From contig CM052817.1 of assembly GCA_028534125.1 (NCBI GenBank), forward strand, positions 72,356,001 to 72,420,000: 64,000 nt of DNA, given 5' to 3'. How positions within the stretch are numbered: position 1 is the stretch's first letter; every line of letters starts with the position of its first letter. Positions 49,001 through 61,196 of this stretch are shown here, in pieces. The DNA is from Lama glama (lineage: Eukaryota). Position numbers and translations under genes: made by a program. The notes beneath the pieces are model-generated. The model had not been told where the DNA came from. It did no database searches and saw only the letters and a program-made list of their open reading frames with translations.

Positions 49001-51478
49001 GAAAAATTCTTGAAGACTTCTTCTTACCTGAAAGTCTGTGATCCTTAGAAGTGGCTTCAGGCGATTCGGGGAAGGATTTTCAAGGAGAGACTGACCCCTG
49101 GAGGCAGACGGAGCTCCCTTTTGGCCAGACCTTGCTCTTGTAATTCTCAGAGATGCTAAGGAAAGGACTGACAGGAGGAGATGACATCCATGGCAAATTC
49201 CGGTAGGTATCTCACCTGCCTTTCCCACCTCTCCCTCCACACCCTCCAACTTACTTGTAGAAGAGCTAATAGAATCATGAATGGTGGAATATAAAGATTT
49301 CTGAAATCATACCCCACTGGATCATAAACTCCATCAGGGTAGAAATTTGTGCTATTCATGTTTGTATCCTCATTTCTTAGCAAATGTCTGACCAAACTTA
49401 GTACGAAATAAAAGTTTGTGGAAAGATTAAATGAACAAGTTAATAAACATATTGTAATTGCTTTATTTTACAAAGATTGATTGCACAAGGTTTCATACTT
49501 AGAAGACATGAATGTTGATTAAACATCCATCAAAATCAATGTGGGCAGGATGGGAGAGATTTAAAACAGTCCATCTAAGATAAGAGTCAGAAGGAGCCCT
49601 GTGGAACAGACAGTAGTGATGGTTATTTACGCCAGCCTCTAAAAACCTCAACATTGACCCCTGTGTGTCCATCTTTGGAATGACTTCACTAATTCTTTTC
49701 AAAAGGAATCCACAAACTTCACTGGTGTCATATGAACAAAGAAAGGAAAAAGGGGCAAAAAGAATTGCTTGTCCTGTGTGACTCATAAGATTTAGGCCAG
49801 AGCACAGTCATGATGAGAGACCTTTAGTTTCTCCAGGATGCCTCCCCTCCTACTAGATGATGAAAATTAATCTAACTTAAGACACGGAGCATTATTAACT
49901 GACATCACTCCTGGTGAGGCCTGGTTGAAACGTGATCAGTTACTTCAATGTTAATGCTCGTAAATGAATCACATAGAAGAGACTTTGCTGTGGGAAGAAA
50001 TATGAAGATATTGTAGTTTTGATTATCAACCACTTGCCAAGGCACTGGCAAAGCAAAGGCAGACATTTTTTTCCTAATATTTCAACAAATGACATTTCCA
50101 AAAGAAGGGAGACTGGAAAAATCCAATATTTGTTGAAATTGCTTGCCTGATTTTATATTTCAACACTTTTTAAAATTATACTGTGGTTAGGGCTCTATAT
50201 TTTTCTTTGCTGCTGGATTAATCGCACAAGGCCAATTGAACTTTTGGCTATGGAATGCTCAGGTATAAGAGATAAGAACAAAAAACTAAAGGAACTGATG
50301 CAATCAGAAGACAGACTTTATATACTCCATTATTTCACTAGGGTCAATCATGCTTTTCTGCCCATTTAAATCGTGCTCCCAGGAGCAGTCTTTAAACTGA
50401 GAAAAACACAGCTGCAAATATAAGCTAACCTTCTCCACTTTCTCGCCCCACAAATATGTACATCTTTTTATATACTTCGAAATTCTTGCTTCAAACACTT
50501 AAGTTCTCAAATTTCCTCAACTCTTTGTTTCTCCGCCACACCCTCTAGAATTAGTCTACATCGGCGCTTACATTTGTTTCTTCTCTTTTTAAAAGAAAAG
50601 CTAATTTTCTGATGACAAAAGTAATTTTGTACTCCATGTATAAGACAAAGACAATTACATAGAAAAAATTATAATTTTGTGCCAGATATAACCACCACTA
50701 ACATTTTAGTTATTTCTTCTTGAGTTTAACAAGTGAGCCCATATCGTACTTTTATTTTCACAGCCTGCTTGCTTTACTCAGTAATACAGTATTCTAATGT
50801 TGTTAACATTTTGTTCTAATGTTTACTTGCTTGTTTGTTTTTCCACCTTTTTAAGTCTTTAGCACTTTGAGAAATATATTTTAAGCTTTTAGAAATTCTA
50901 CTAGTGATACTTTATTTTTAAAGAACATTTTAAACATATTTATCTACTTATCAAAGTCAACAACGAATTCTATAATTTGAGAAAATACTGACCTGTCTGT
51001 ACTTCTCCCACGTCTTGTCACCATCTCTCTTCACTTTCCAGGTTGGGGAGGGGGATTAGGAACAAGATTATCGTTATTAGCATTTTATTTTTCCATTATC
51101 TGTTCGCTTTTCAGCCATATATTTTTTAAGCTTTAAATACTTTTAAGAACAAATCTCTAATGAGTATTTTGACTTAATCCCACTTGACTAATTTAATGCA
51201 CATCATCATAACTTTGTCTGTAACTTTCACCACCCCCTCCCTTAATGTCTTAATTGTGTTTTAACTCATTAATAACAACAAATCTTTAAGTTTTTCTCCT
51301 GCCTCCATTTCTGGTAAGTTTGTTTGTGATGGAGACTGATTAATTCTGAATTTTTAGTTATTCAATCTACAAAACTCAATTGTAACAAAAGAAAGTTATC
51401 TTCGATTATATATTAAATCTCTCCTGTGCCAGGTACTTTTGTTGTTGTTTTTTTCTCAACACTTTTCTCTTAAAAAAA

Positions 51479-51718
51479 TTTTTTTTTACCTTGTTATCTT
51501 ATTGTGATAAGAACACTTAACATTTAAGATCTACTTTCTTAACAAATTACGTGTACAATACACTGTTGTTGACTATAGCTACAGTGTATACAGCTGGTCT
51601 CTAGAACTTACTCGTCTTGATTAACTGAAGCTTTATGGCCTCTGATTAGTAACTCCTCATTTTTCTATCCCCTCAGCCTCTGGCAATCACCATTGCACCC
51701 TTTGATTCTATGAATTTG
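51479..51718 (-). mobile_element. L1MA-type 3' end
   Basis: ttgtgataagaacacttaacat...agatctactttcttaacaaatt...gtgtacaatac...tctctagaactta...cagcctctggcaatcaccatt...ttctatgaatttg. Confidence 0.88.
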
Positions 51719-53597
51719 GTGTTGATGTTTTTTGGGTTTTTTTTTTTCCCCAAGAGCAAGTCATATACAATAGCAGAAATAAATACTCACTTTTTTCTCT
51801 TTGAAGTCTTTACCCTCGAAGGGAACATATAACCCACTAAGATTGAACTAACACTCTCAACCATTAGAGAACTTGGTTTATGTACAGCAGAGATGCCATC
51901 TTCCTCTCCTTACATTTGTCAATCTCCTGTTTCTACTTTTCATCCATGACTCATTATTCCACAACTCTGCACTAAAAAGAAAAAAAAAAATTAGAAAAAT
52001 CTGATGTCAAAGACTGTAAGGTCAGTCAAAACTTGAAAAAGCTGAAATCCTATTCTTTAAAGCTTCCAACAATACTTTCATATTGCTATTCAATAAATTT
52101 TTAATTTTCATGTACTCCTACCTAGTTTCAGTGAACTTTTTTACATCATCAAGTTGTTTTTAGTCTCTGACAGCTTTTCCTTTAGTTTTCTCTTTCCATA
52201 TTGAAGAACCACAGATTCTTGTTGTATACTGAGAATGGCAAATCATTAAAAAAAAGATATTCCTACATTCCTTGTGTCATTTCCTTTGGTGAGGTTTATT
52301 CCTTCTCTGAGTCTTCCATTTGGTCATGCCTCATTTTTGTCATGGTGTATTATTTCTTTTTTACTTACTCTAAAACTAGGAGAAATCTCATTAATGAAAT
52401 GAGCCCAATCCTCAGAAAATATCAAATCCACATACACTTAAATGTATTAGTCAATCAAGTATGGAATCTTCAGTCTCCCTTCATTCTCTGTGCACATGTT
52501 TCGTATTTTTAGGTCTAAAACTGGAAGTTAAACAGAAACACACAACTCCTATCCCAAATCTGGCCTTGCTAGGCATGTAGCTTGTGAAGTTATGGTGTCC
52601 TGAGATGAGAGTTTCTCTCAGCTTGCTTCCTAGAATTCAGGCTGACAACAAACCCTTGGTATTCCATCTTACTTCCCGCCTGGAGAAAGTTTACTCACAG
52701 AAAACACGCTAACAGCACTACCAGGGGTGTGTGGGGTTGAGGGTTAAGGGAAGAGAGGAACAGAGGCACCGGGCAGTACAAGGTGCCTCTGAGTTTTCAA
52801 GTTTGTTTAGAGCCTACTTGTTTGGAAATAGGAAATAAATAGCGAGTGATAAATATTTTCATTCACTTTCAGATCATGAGGCTTGTTTTCATCCTGCAGT
52901 GCATCATGATGGGTGTTTTTTTCAGTTCTGTTCTATTTCCTCTGCTGTTAGTGGAAATTCCTCCCAGATTCTGGCACTAGAATAATATTTGGCGCTAATT
53001 TTCAGTGTCATTTTGAGTTCACAAATTTTGGTGCTTCTTAAGCATTACAGTGGGAATTGAAAAGATTACCTCAAAGGAATACTATCGTCCCAAAGTAGAA
53101 TCCACCCTGTAGTTAATTTTTGTTAGGTATATCTTTAATCAGATGGATGAATCGTTTTAATCTTCTAAATTGTGGCAATGGAAACAATCTCAATTCAATT
53201 TAACTTAATTCAATTCTGTTTATGCGGTAATTACTGAATTTCTATTATTGGAGACTGAATCCCAAATCGACACAAGTGAAAAAGGAAATATATTCCCTCA
53301 CAGAACAGAAAAGTTTATGAATAGAATTGTCTTTATATATAGATACTTCATAAGTTTAAACAATATGTTCAGTTCTTAAGCATTTTCCATTCCCCAATCT
53401 CTCAGATCTACTTTCCTGTATTGATTTCAAGCAAAAAGTTTTGAGTGGCTTTCAAAAACTCTAAACTTAAGTTCTTCCAGTTAAGAACTTCTAATAAGTT
53501 CTTCTAGACCACAACAGATAAAGAATTTTTACCTCTCATATTATCGGCCACTTTAGGTCATCTGTCCATCTATGAGGCAATCCCTGTGTTCTAGGCT

Positions 53598-53890
53598 ATG
53601 TGGAAATTTAATTGACCAGATCTGAGTCAATCAGGCATCTGAACTGGAGATCAAATATTGAGCCAGCCGCACCCAAAACGCATGGAGTTTGGCTATGGAG
53701 ATAACATTGGAAAGGAAAATCGAAGTGAGGTTTCTCAGAAACACAATTTTCCAAGTGTTTGTGGGTTTTCTATTTGCATTCATCCAATTCCATAAACTAG
53801 TTACTGAGCCAGAGATCTTGCATTATCATAAGCCTTGAATCTAGATCCCAGCAGTGTGAGGGTCTCAGTGTCTGAGGTCTCAGTGCTTTT
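53598..53890 (+). mobile_element. Probable ancient LTR fragment (LTR78-like, tentative)
   Basis: gaaacacaattttccaagtgtttgtgggttttctatttgcattcatccaattccataaac resembles an old ERV1 LTR from memory. Confidence 0.35.
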
Positions 53891-54779
53891 TGCTTGTCCC
53901 TGGCCTCAGAGCAATGCACAAACACAGTATGAGATGTGGTGGCAATTATCTGCCCCTTTACACCAGGCTACATTTCTGCACATGGCTCTTTACAATGGTG
54001 CCAATGGTTTCCATTGATTGGAAGGGGAAATAATAAGCAGTAGGGAAATTTGCGGAGGCTTTCTCCAGGTCCCAGCACAATTTCACACTTTCCCTTTCAT
54101 CTTTCTTCCTTTGTTGAAATTAGTTTAACTATAGCCTAGGACTCATATTTTAATTTTCCCATCATCCAAGGATCACTATTTTTAAGTTCTAAGCCATACA
54201 TTTTTGCTTTCTCACAGAGAGAAGGAGCCTCTGAAATTTTCTATGTCCCTAAACTCTAACTTTGGTTGTCATATTTTCTGTGTTCCACTATAAGACATTA
54301 CCACTCAACAGAAGTTTTGCTACCACATAACCAAAACTGCAGACTTTCCAGCCTAGAATAGTGTGACCATCACTTCTCCCTGCTATATACGTCAGCTCAG
54401 TGTATTTCCACATTACACGCCTCCTTGTCTTATCATCCCATGAACTGACAGTAAGGGGAAGTTAGTTCCCCAAAGCCAAAAAACCAGAAATACTGTTACT
54501 TGAAGAAGATGACTACACTCTCAACGAACAAAAATGATAGATTTCTAGTTGTTACAAGAGTAGGCCTAACAGAGAAAACAGAGGCAAGATTACCAGGAAG
54601 ACAGAGAGTTCCCTGTTCTGTGTCTACTCATGAGACATCTCTCATCACTTCTGTGCGCTGAGACTCAGAACTGACTACAAAGTCCAAGGAACAAAAGGCA
54701 AAAGACATGGCAGAGGGATGAGAAAACATGTCATCCCAAACACTGAGAAAGACGGATGCCAAAATTTGACGTGTGTATG

Positions 54780-55160
54780 TACACGTGAGTGACTTGAAAG
54801 CCCAGGCATACTCAGGAAAGATGAATAGGTTTAAGTTTGCTTGAAACATGCGGTATCAAGTGGTAGAAGAATTGAAATGCAGCTGGAAAAGTAGGTAGTC
54901 ATTATACTGTGAAGGATGTTTGATTCCCAAGTGAGATTTTTTTTTCCCCTAATTTCGTGGAAAACAGAAAACCTTTGAAGTTTGTGAGTGGGGGACTTAA
55001 TATGATCATAATTGTGCTTAGATGACTAGCAATGGCCTGTGAAATAGATTGAAGCTGGAGGAAACAGAGTGAAAAAACTCATACATATGCCATTACAATC
55101 GTTCAAGTGATAAACAATGAGACAAACTTAACGAGATGGGAAGGAAGAGAGAAGGAAAGA
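54780..55160 (-). mobile_element. L2 fragment
   Basis: aaagcccaggca...agctggaaaagtagg...aaacctttgaagtttgtgagtggggg...atgatcataattgtgcttagatgac...ccattacaatcgttcaagtgataaacaatga. Confidence 0.6.
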
Positions 55161-56239
55161 TGCAAGGTAAATTTATGAACTTTCCCTGTTGTCCAGAAGC
55201 TGCTGGGTTCCTTCTTCCCTCTCTTCCCTTCCTCCTTCCTTCCTTTCTTCATCTTGTCTCCCTTTCTTTTTATTCTAATTCTTTTGACTATAATTAAACT
55301 GATGACAATTTCACTTTCGTCAATGTAAATGAAGATGTTGCGATTTGTTCAGACAGCCTGCCGTTGTCTGAAATTATGTGTCCAACAGGGTCCCCAAATT
55401 CCAAGAAACATAAAGAATTCTCTAGGACCACAATATTTAATATTGAGCAAATTATTTCATTTTTTTCTGTTTTGTCTTAAAAAAATGAAGCTAACAGATG
55501 AGCTCATCCTTCAACATTTTACAACTTGGGAATACTCTATACACCTAAATAGTTTTTGGTATAAAATAACACTCTAGATCACTGGCCAAAATATGTCAAA
55601 CTTATACCCACTGTGAAATGTGTATTCTTCAATCTTATTTTTTATTTTGAATAATTATTTTACATGTTCTAGAAACTGTTCTAGATACTTTATTTTAAAA
55701 TTTTGTGACACAGAATTTAAAATGTATACAATGTTAGAAAAATAATAAAAGGGAACTCCTATAGACCCATCGCCTACCTCTAATAATATCCTAGCAAATA
55801 TGTTTTTATATGTAGATTTCCTACCTTTTTTATCATCCCTAATTTTTAAACAAGCAGATGTCCTTTCACTTTTGCCTTAGCAACAATAAATAAAAATGTA
55901 TCTAACTTTCTCCCATTTATTGTATTTGAAATGTTCCTCATAGAAGGTGTATTAAATGTGATGTTTATCTTACTTATTGGTAAGTTACTATTAATTCTTT
56001 CAAAATAGTCATATATGTTTAATAGTTTCACTAGTATAAAAGCAGTCTGGAATATTTCCTTCAATTACTTACCTGCAGTGATTCAAACTATTACAGTATT
56101 TGGGGAAATTAGACAATCTTGTCCCTTTAGAGAGTTATAATCGCGTCAGGAGCAAATTATTTGGACAAATGTCTAATGGCATTATCCAGTAAATTATAAT
56201 CTGCTTATTTAATAAGTTATTTATCCAGAGAGTAGAGCT

Positions 56240-56430
56240 TCACATGAGCCAATAGTCAAGAATTCTGTGTGACCGCCCTTTATGCTGTGACTTGCTTTAT
56301 GAACTGGAAAAATCAGTTAACCTCCTGGTGCTTCAGTTCAGTCATCTATGAACTGAGAAGAGTAACATTTGCCACCTAACTCACCAGTATTTTATGAAGG
56401 TTAATGAGCTTCAGAGTTTATAAAGTGCCT
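56240..56430 (+). mobile_element. MIR fragment
   Basis: cagttaacctcctggtgcttcagttcagtcatctatgaactgagaagagtaac...ttttatgaaggttaatgag...taaagtgcct. Confidence 0.65.
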
Positions 56431-57260
56431 TTTCTTCTTGGATTGAAAGTCTCTTGAAGAGTACTAAATATCACTGCTATATTTTTTCTTACAGATTCAG
56501 TAAGTTATCCTTTAAAAGACCCATGATATTATAAAATATGTGGTGAGATACTTTTAGGAGCGTTGTCTCACATTTATCGTGTTATTCGAAGGGTAAGAAA
56601 CGTTTCAGCATCACTGCTGCCGAACTGGATTCACATGACTCATATTATTAGTGTCTGAAACTTCTGTACGTTCTGTAGTGTCTTCTTCATGTACGTTAGA
56701 GTTTTTCCAACTTAAACCATCTTAGTTCTAATCAATTTGTCAAAACTCTATCATCTCTTGACATAGTTTTATGAGTTGAACATTAAAAAGAAAAAAACGT
56801 TCTCCACTGAATAAATGTGACTGTCCTTTAATGCCACATTGAATGAATAATGCTTAGGTCGTGACATAAACCCACAAAAGTAAGATGATTTGATAGAAGG
56901 GAAAAATCTGTCCTGTTACTCTGCATTTTCTGAAACTGTTTTGCCAAAGTTCTGCTTGAGATAAAGAACATTTTTAATAGCACGAATTTGGTAGGATCCT
57001 GGATTTTAGATGCAATGCTGCAAATCCAATGTTTCATGGATTTAATTTAATTTAATTTTAAAATTTGAGTGAGAAAAAAAATCACACAATTTTCATGCTG
57101 TTAAAGTTTATCTTGAAATTTTAGAAAGGTGTCAAAGTACAAGCTATTTAATCAACATTTCTTAAATCATAGTTAATCATTTTACTTTAAAGACTAAATA
57201 ACTCCTATTACTCTTCATATTAGGACAATATGTGTATGTAAAAACACACATATTTGGTTT

Positions 57261-58417
57261 TAAATATCTTTATAATACTTTTAGGCAGCAGAAAGCAAGG
57301 TTCATAATACCATCATATGTATAACTTAGAGACGTTTTATTTTCCTCCTTTATTTCAGAAGCATAATAAAAGAACTAAAAGAGAAAAATAAAAGATATAT
57401 GCTGCTCTATTTATTTCTTTTTTAATAGGAGAAGGAAACTATACAAAAAACATGCTCATGTTTTTTCCTAACTATGGAAATCAGAGAAATTATCTATTAT
57501 ATTTTTAGTCTAAAATAAATACAAGTGTAAGATGACATCATCTAAAAGTACAAAATAACTTTAGGAGTTTTGGGGCATAACTCATCCAAAAACTGTCACT
57601 GGTGGGGAACTCATTTCTTTGATCTCCCAAAATCAAAGTCACAAATGTAAAACTGAGAGATTTTGAAGATCATCACCCACTATAGTCAACATATTCTTCT
57701 TTGCTCTTTCCTAAAGCCACAAACATCTTCCCAGGTGGCAACCTGACTAAACCCCACGTCTATACACACACAGGCCACTTGAACAGCCACACACGTTTTC
57801 TTGTTCCTATAAGAAAAGAAGCTGCAAGGAGTCTGTCTCTTTAAAAACTCCATGTATTATAACCATGAATAGAGAGCCAGATAGCCAAAAGAGTTTAAAC
57901 AGGCATCCTTAATTTAGAACAGGTCTTTTCTAAAATGCAGAATTTATGTTTAATTTTCTTTCTCCTCTTAAGGAAATACAATGCTGTGGTTTCCATGTGC
58001 CAATTCTCATGGCTGGCTTTGAGCAAGTCTTCACAAGTTCAGGACAAAATGAGAAAAATAAGACAAGATTTTTATGTATGTGGTGGTAAAGTTGTCAACT
58101 ATTCTGTCTTGTGAACATAACCCAAGAATCTATCATAGTTCTTTTATTTTTTTGTAATAAAGTGACTCTTTTATAAAATAGTGGTGATATGGGACAGATT
58201 TTTAAAAAATAATAATGTCCTTACTTGACAAAATAAGTTAGCAAACTTACATTGCTCCTGATCCTTCCCCAGTCCCACTTTTTAAAAAGAGAATGTCCTG
58301 ACCTCTGAAATCCAAAAGTCTAAGACTCTTTGTTTCTAAATATCTTTATAATACTTTCAGGCAGGAGAAAGCAAGGTTCATAATATCATTACATGTATAA
58401 CTTAGAGGAATTTTATT
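57261..58417 (+). repeat. Dispersed 81-bp direct repeat (57261-57341 and 58337-58417)
   Basis: Manual ungapped alignment gives 73/81 identical at an offset of 1076 bp, with unrelated flanks. Confidence 0.93.
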
Positions 58418-60748
58418 GTTAACTAGAAATTATTAATATGAAAAATAATAAATGGTATTTTATTATCTGTAATATTTCTGAAGAGAATTTTTTAATGAAC
58501 AAGTTTGGAAGGTGATAATGTAAATTTGGTGCCTCTTTTTTGGTAAGTGAATTATGATTGCTTTTATCATATTTAACCTGTGATTGAGATGACAAGTTTC
58601 TTTAAAAAATACATAAGATAAAAAAGATTATTTGGGGCCAATATACAAATACTATGTTGTAAATTAATCAGAAATTACTCCCAATACAGCAAACCAACCC
58701 AGACAGTCCATCAGTGTCATCTTACTTTCAGTCAAGAAGCCCAAATTGAAGACCGTACAATAGTTGACCAGAATTTCGTCGCCAAACCTCAAGATGCTCT
58801 TTTTGGAATGCAACGTTTCCAAATGAGGCTTACCAGGTTTTACTGACAATTCTGTTTTTGGTAAAGACAGAGAAATTTCTGTGGCTTATAGAAAAAAATT
58901 TGCATACCTTCTAGACGCTTAACAAATACCTATTAGAATTTGAGCAACTCTCTAATTTTGTTGTAGGTCCTGCTTTCAAGGGTTTTTCAGATTTCTTTGT
59001 TAGTAAGTCACCATGCATCCTATGAAACCTTGTGCAGCAGTATTAATATTTTCATAGGAAAAAGAACCCTCTGCAAGTCGTCACAGTTTTCTGCATAAGT
59101 ACTATGTTGACCATCGTTTGCTCAGAGGCGTTGTTAAGGTCCACCACGAAGCAGATAAAGCAGAATCCTTTTTGGTCTCTGAATGACAGTTTTATGAGGC
59201 CACATTTTTTGAAATTTGTAATAAGTCTATGGGTTTGTTTTCCCCTGTGTATGTAAAGAAAGCTTGGTTACATTGTGGAATCTTTGCTGGGACTAACGTT
59301 ATCTGCATATTTTTGGTCTCTGCAGACCAAAAATGTTAGTGCTGGAAAATTCCTGGACAGTGGTTTTAGAGGTACATGGCTATAAAAGAGAAGTATTTCC
59401 TTCTTTTTACTGCTTGGCTTAGCAAAATAAACTCATTTTAGTTTTATAAAATGCAGGCAAGAAGTCAATTGTAAAGGGCCCTTATTTTTACTTTAAACAA
59501 TTTAATCTTTTGCCTTTACATAACCTTTTAGTATTATCTTTTAATAAAGAGAATAGGCTACATAATGGTACTTTTGGCATTACAAAGAGGCTTTGAAAAT
59601 ATCATTTTAAACCCAATATATATTGCATGCTAAGTACATGGACAGGAAGTTTGGTTTAGAGAATAATTATATCGGGCTACCAATCAGAAGGCTGAAAGTG
59701 CTGGTCCTCATTCTTTCAATGACATCATTGCTTTTCCAAGTTTATTGTGCTATCCTGCCATTTCTCACCTATGAATGGGGGCCACTTAGAAGTAAGATGG
59801 AGGAGGGGAGAGAAGGAGGGAGGGAAAGAGCAGAGTTGGGGGGGGAGAGACAGAGAGGAATAGAGATGTTTTACAATATTATGTAACAGCACATTTCACA
59901 TTTTCCCTAGTGTTTAGTAATGTACAAATTCACTGGGAGGTATGATCTCAAAATAATAACCAAATACGAGAGAAATGGGCGTATGAAATAAATCTGTGCT
60001 TATGTAATGTCCCTATGATAAGACTGAAAAAAATATTAACCTATGAGAAAGTATTCTTTTCATCTAGAGAGTTCATGGTACATTTTTCTTTTTGGGTCAG
60101 TCAGTTTAATTTCAATTTGTATATTTATTGGAGGAGAAACATTTTTTGGTGAGGAATAAATCAATTCCATCAAGGCACTGGCATCAGGTACTTAACAGTC
60201 AAATGGGCTGGTTTTCAGACACAAACACAAGGTCATTTAGCTATCTTGTCTTCTAAAATATTTGACTCACATGACTTGGTGTCCATGAAGAGGGGACTAG
60301 TGGAGCCTTATCTTTGTCACACAAGCTTTCTGACTAATTTGACTCAGTGAGCTTTGCCTCCACATTTTAGTGAGAATCTTTGTTCTATTTTGACTTTATT
60401 GATAAAACAGTTAAGGGAAAAAACTTATTTCCAATGTAAAGTTTCAAGAAAGAAACTTTTCTCTCTCTCTTCTCAAAGTACACTAGTAGGATACTGCCCA
60501 AAGATATGTAAAATCCTGTTTAGCCCAAGATCTAGAATGTTCTGGAAATTTCAGGAGTTGTACCTTCTGTGGTAGACTCTTAAGCACGTTTGGGATGACT
60601 ACACTACCCCAGACCCATGTTCAAGGAAAAGATGCAATTGATAGGAGACTTGAAGGTCCTCAGCTGATTTCATTCTTTGTCTTCTTATCATAAATCAAAA
60701 AATAAAAAGTAAAAGTTTGATAATACATACTGGTCTGTGATTACTGGG

Positions 60749-61196
60749 TGTACTTCTTTGTTAAAACTGCCATAGCAAAGTCCCACAAACTGAGTGGCTT
60801 GAACAATCAAATTTTATTGTCTCAAAACCCTGGGGGTAGAAGTTTGAGATCAAAGTGTTGGCAGGGTTAATTTTTTCTGAGGGAAGGAGAATCTGTTCTA
60901 TGTCCCTCTCCCAGCTTTTGGTGGCTTGCTGGCAATCCTTAGTGTTCCTCGGTTTGTAGACACCTTGCTCCATCTCTGCTTTCATGTTTGCAAGATGTTC
61001 TCCTTGTGTGCATATCTGTGTCCAAATTCCTCCTTTTTATTTAGGACACAATCATATTGGACTATTCCCCCCTTTTATGACCTCATCTTAACTTGATCAT
61101 CAGCAAAAACCCTATTTCCAAATAAGGTCACCTTCACTAGAACTGTGTGTTATGACTTCAGCATCTTTTGGGGGGGACCCAATTCAAGCTTTAACA
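60749..61196 (-). mobile_element. Full-length MaLR MLT1C-like solo LTR
   Basis: TG...CA termini with a perfect 5-bp TSD CTGGG (60744-60748, 61197-61201). Body contains ccacaaactgagtggcttgaacaa...agaagtttgagatcaaagtgttggcaggg...ccctatttccaaataaggtcac. Confidence 0.93.
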
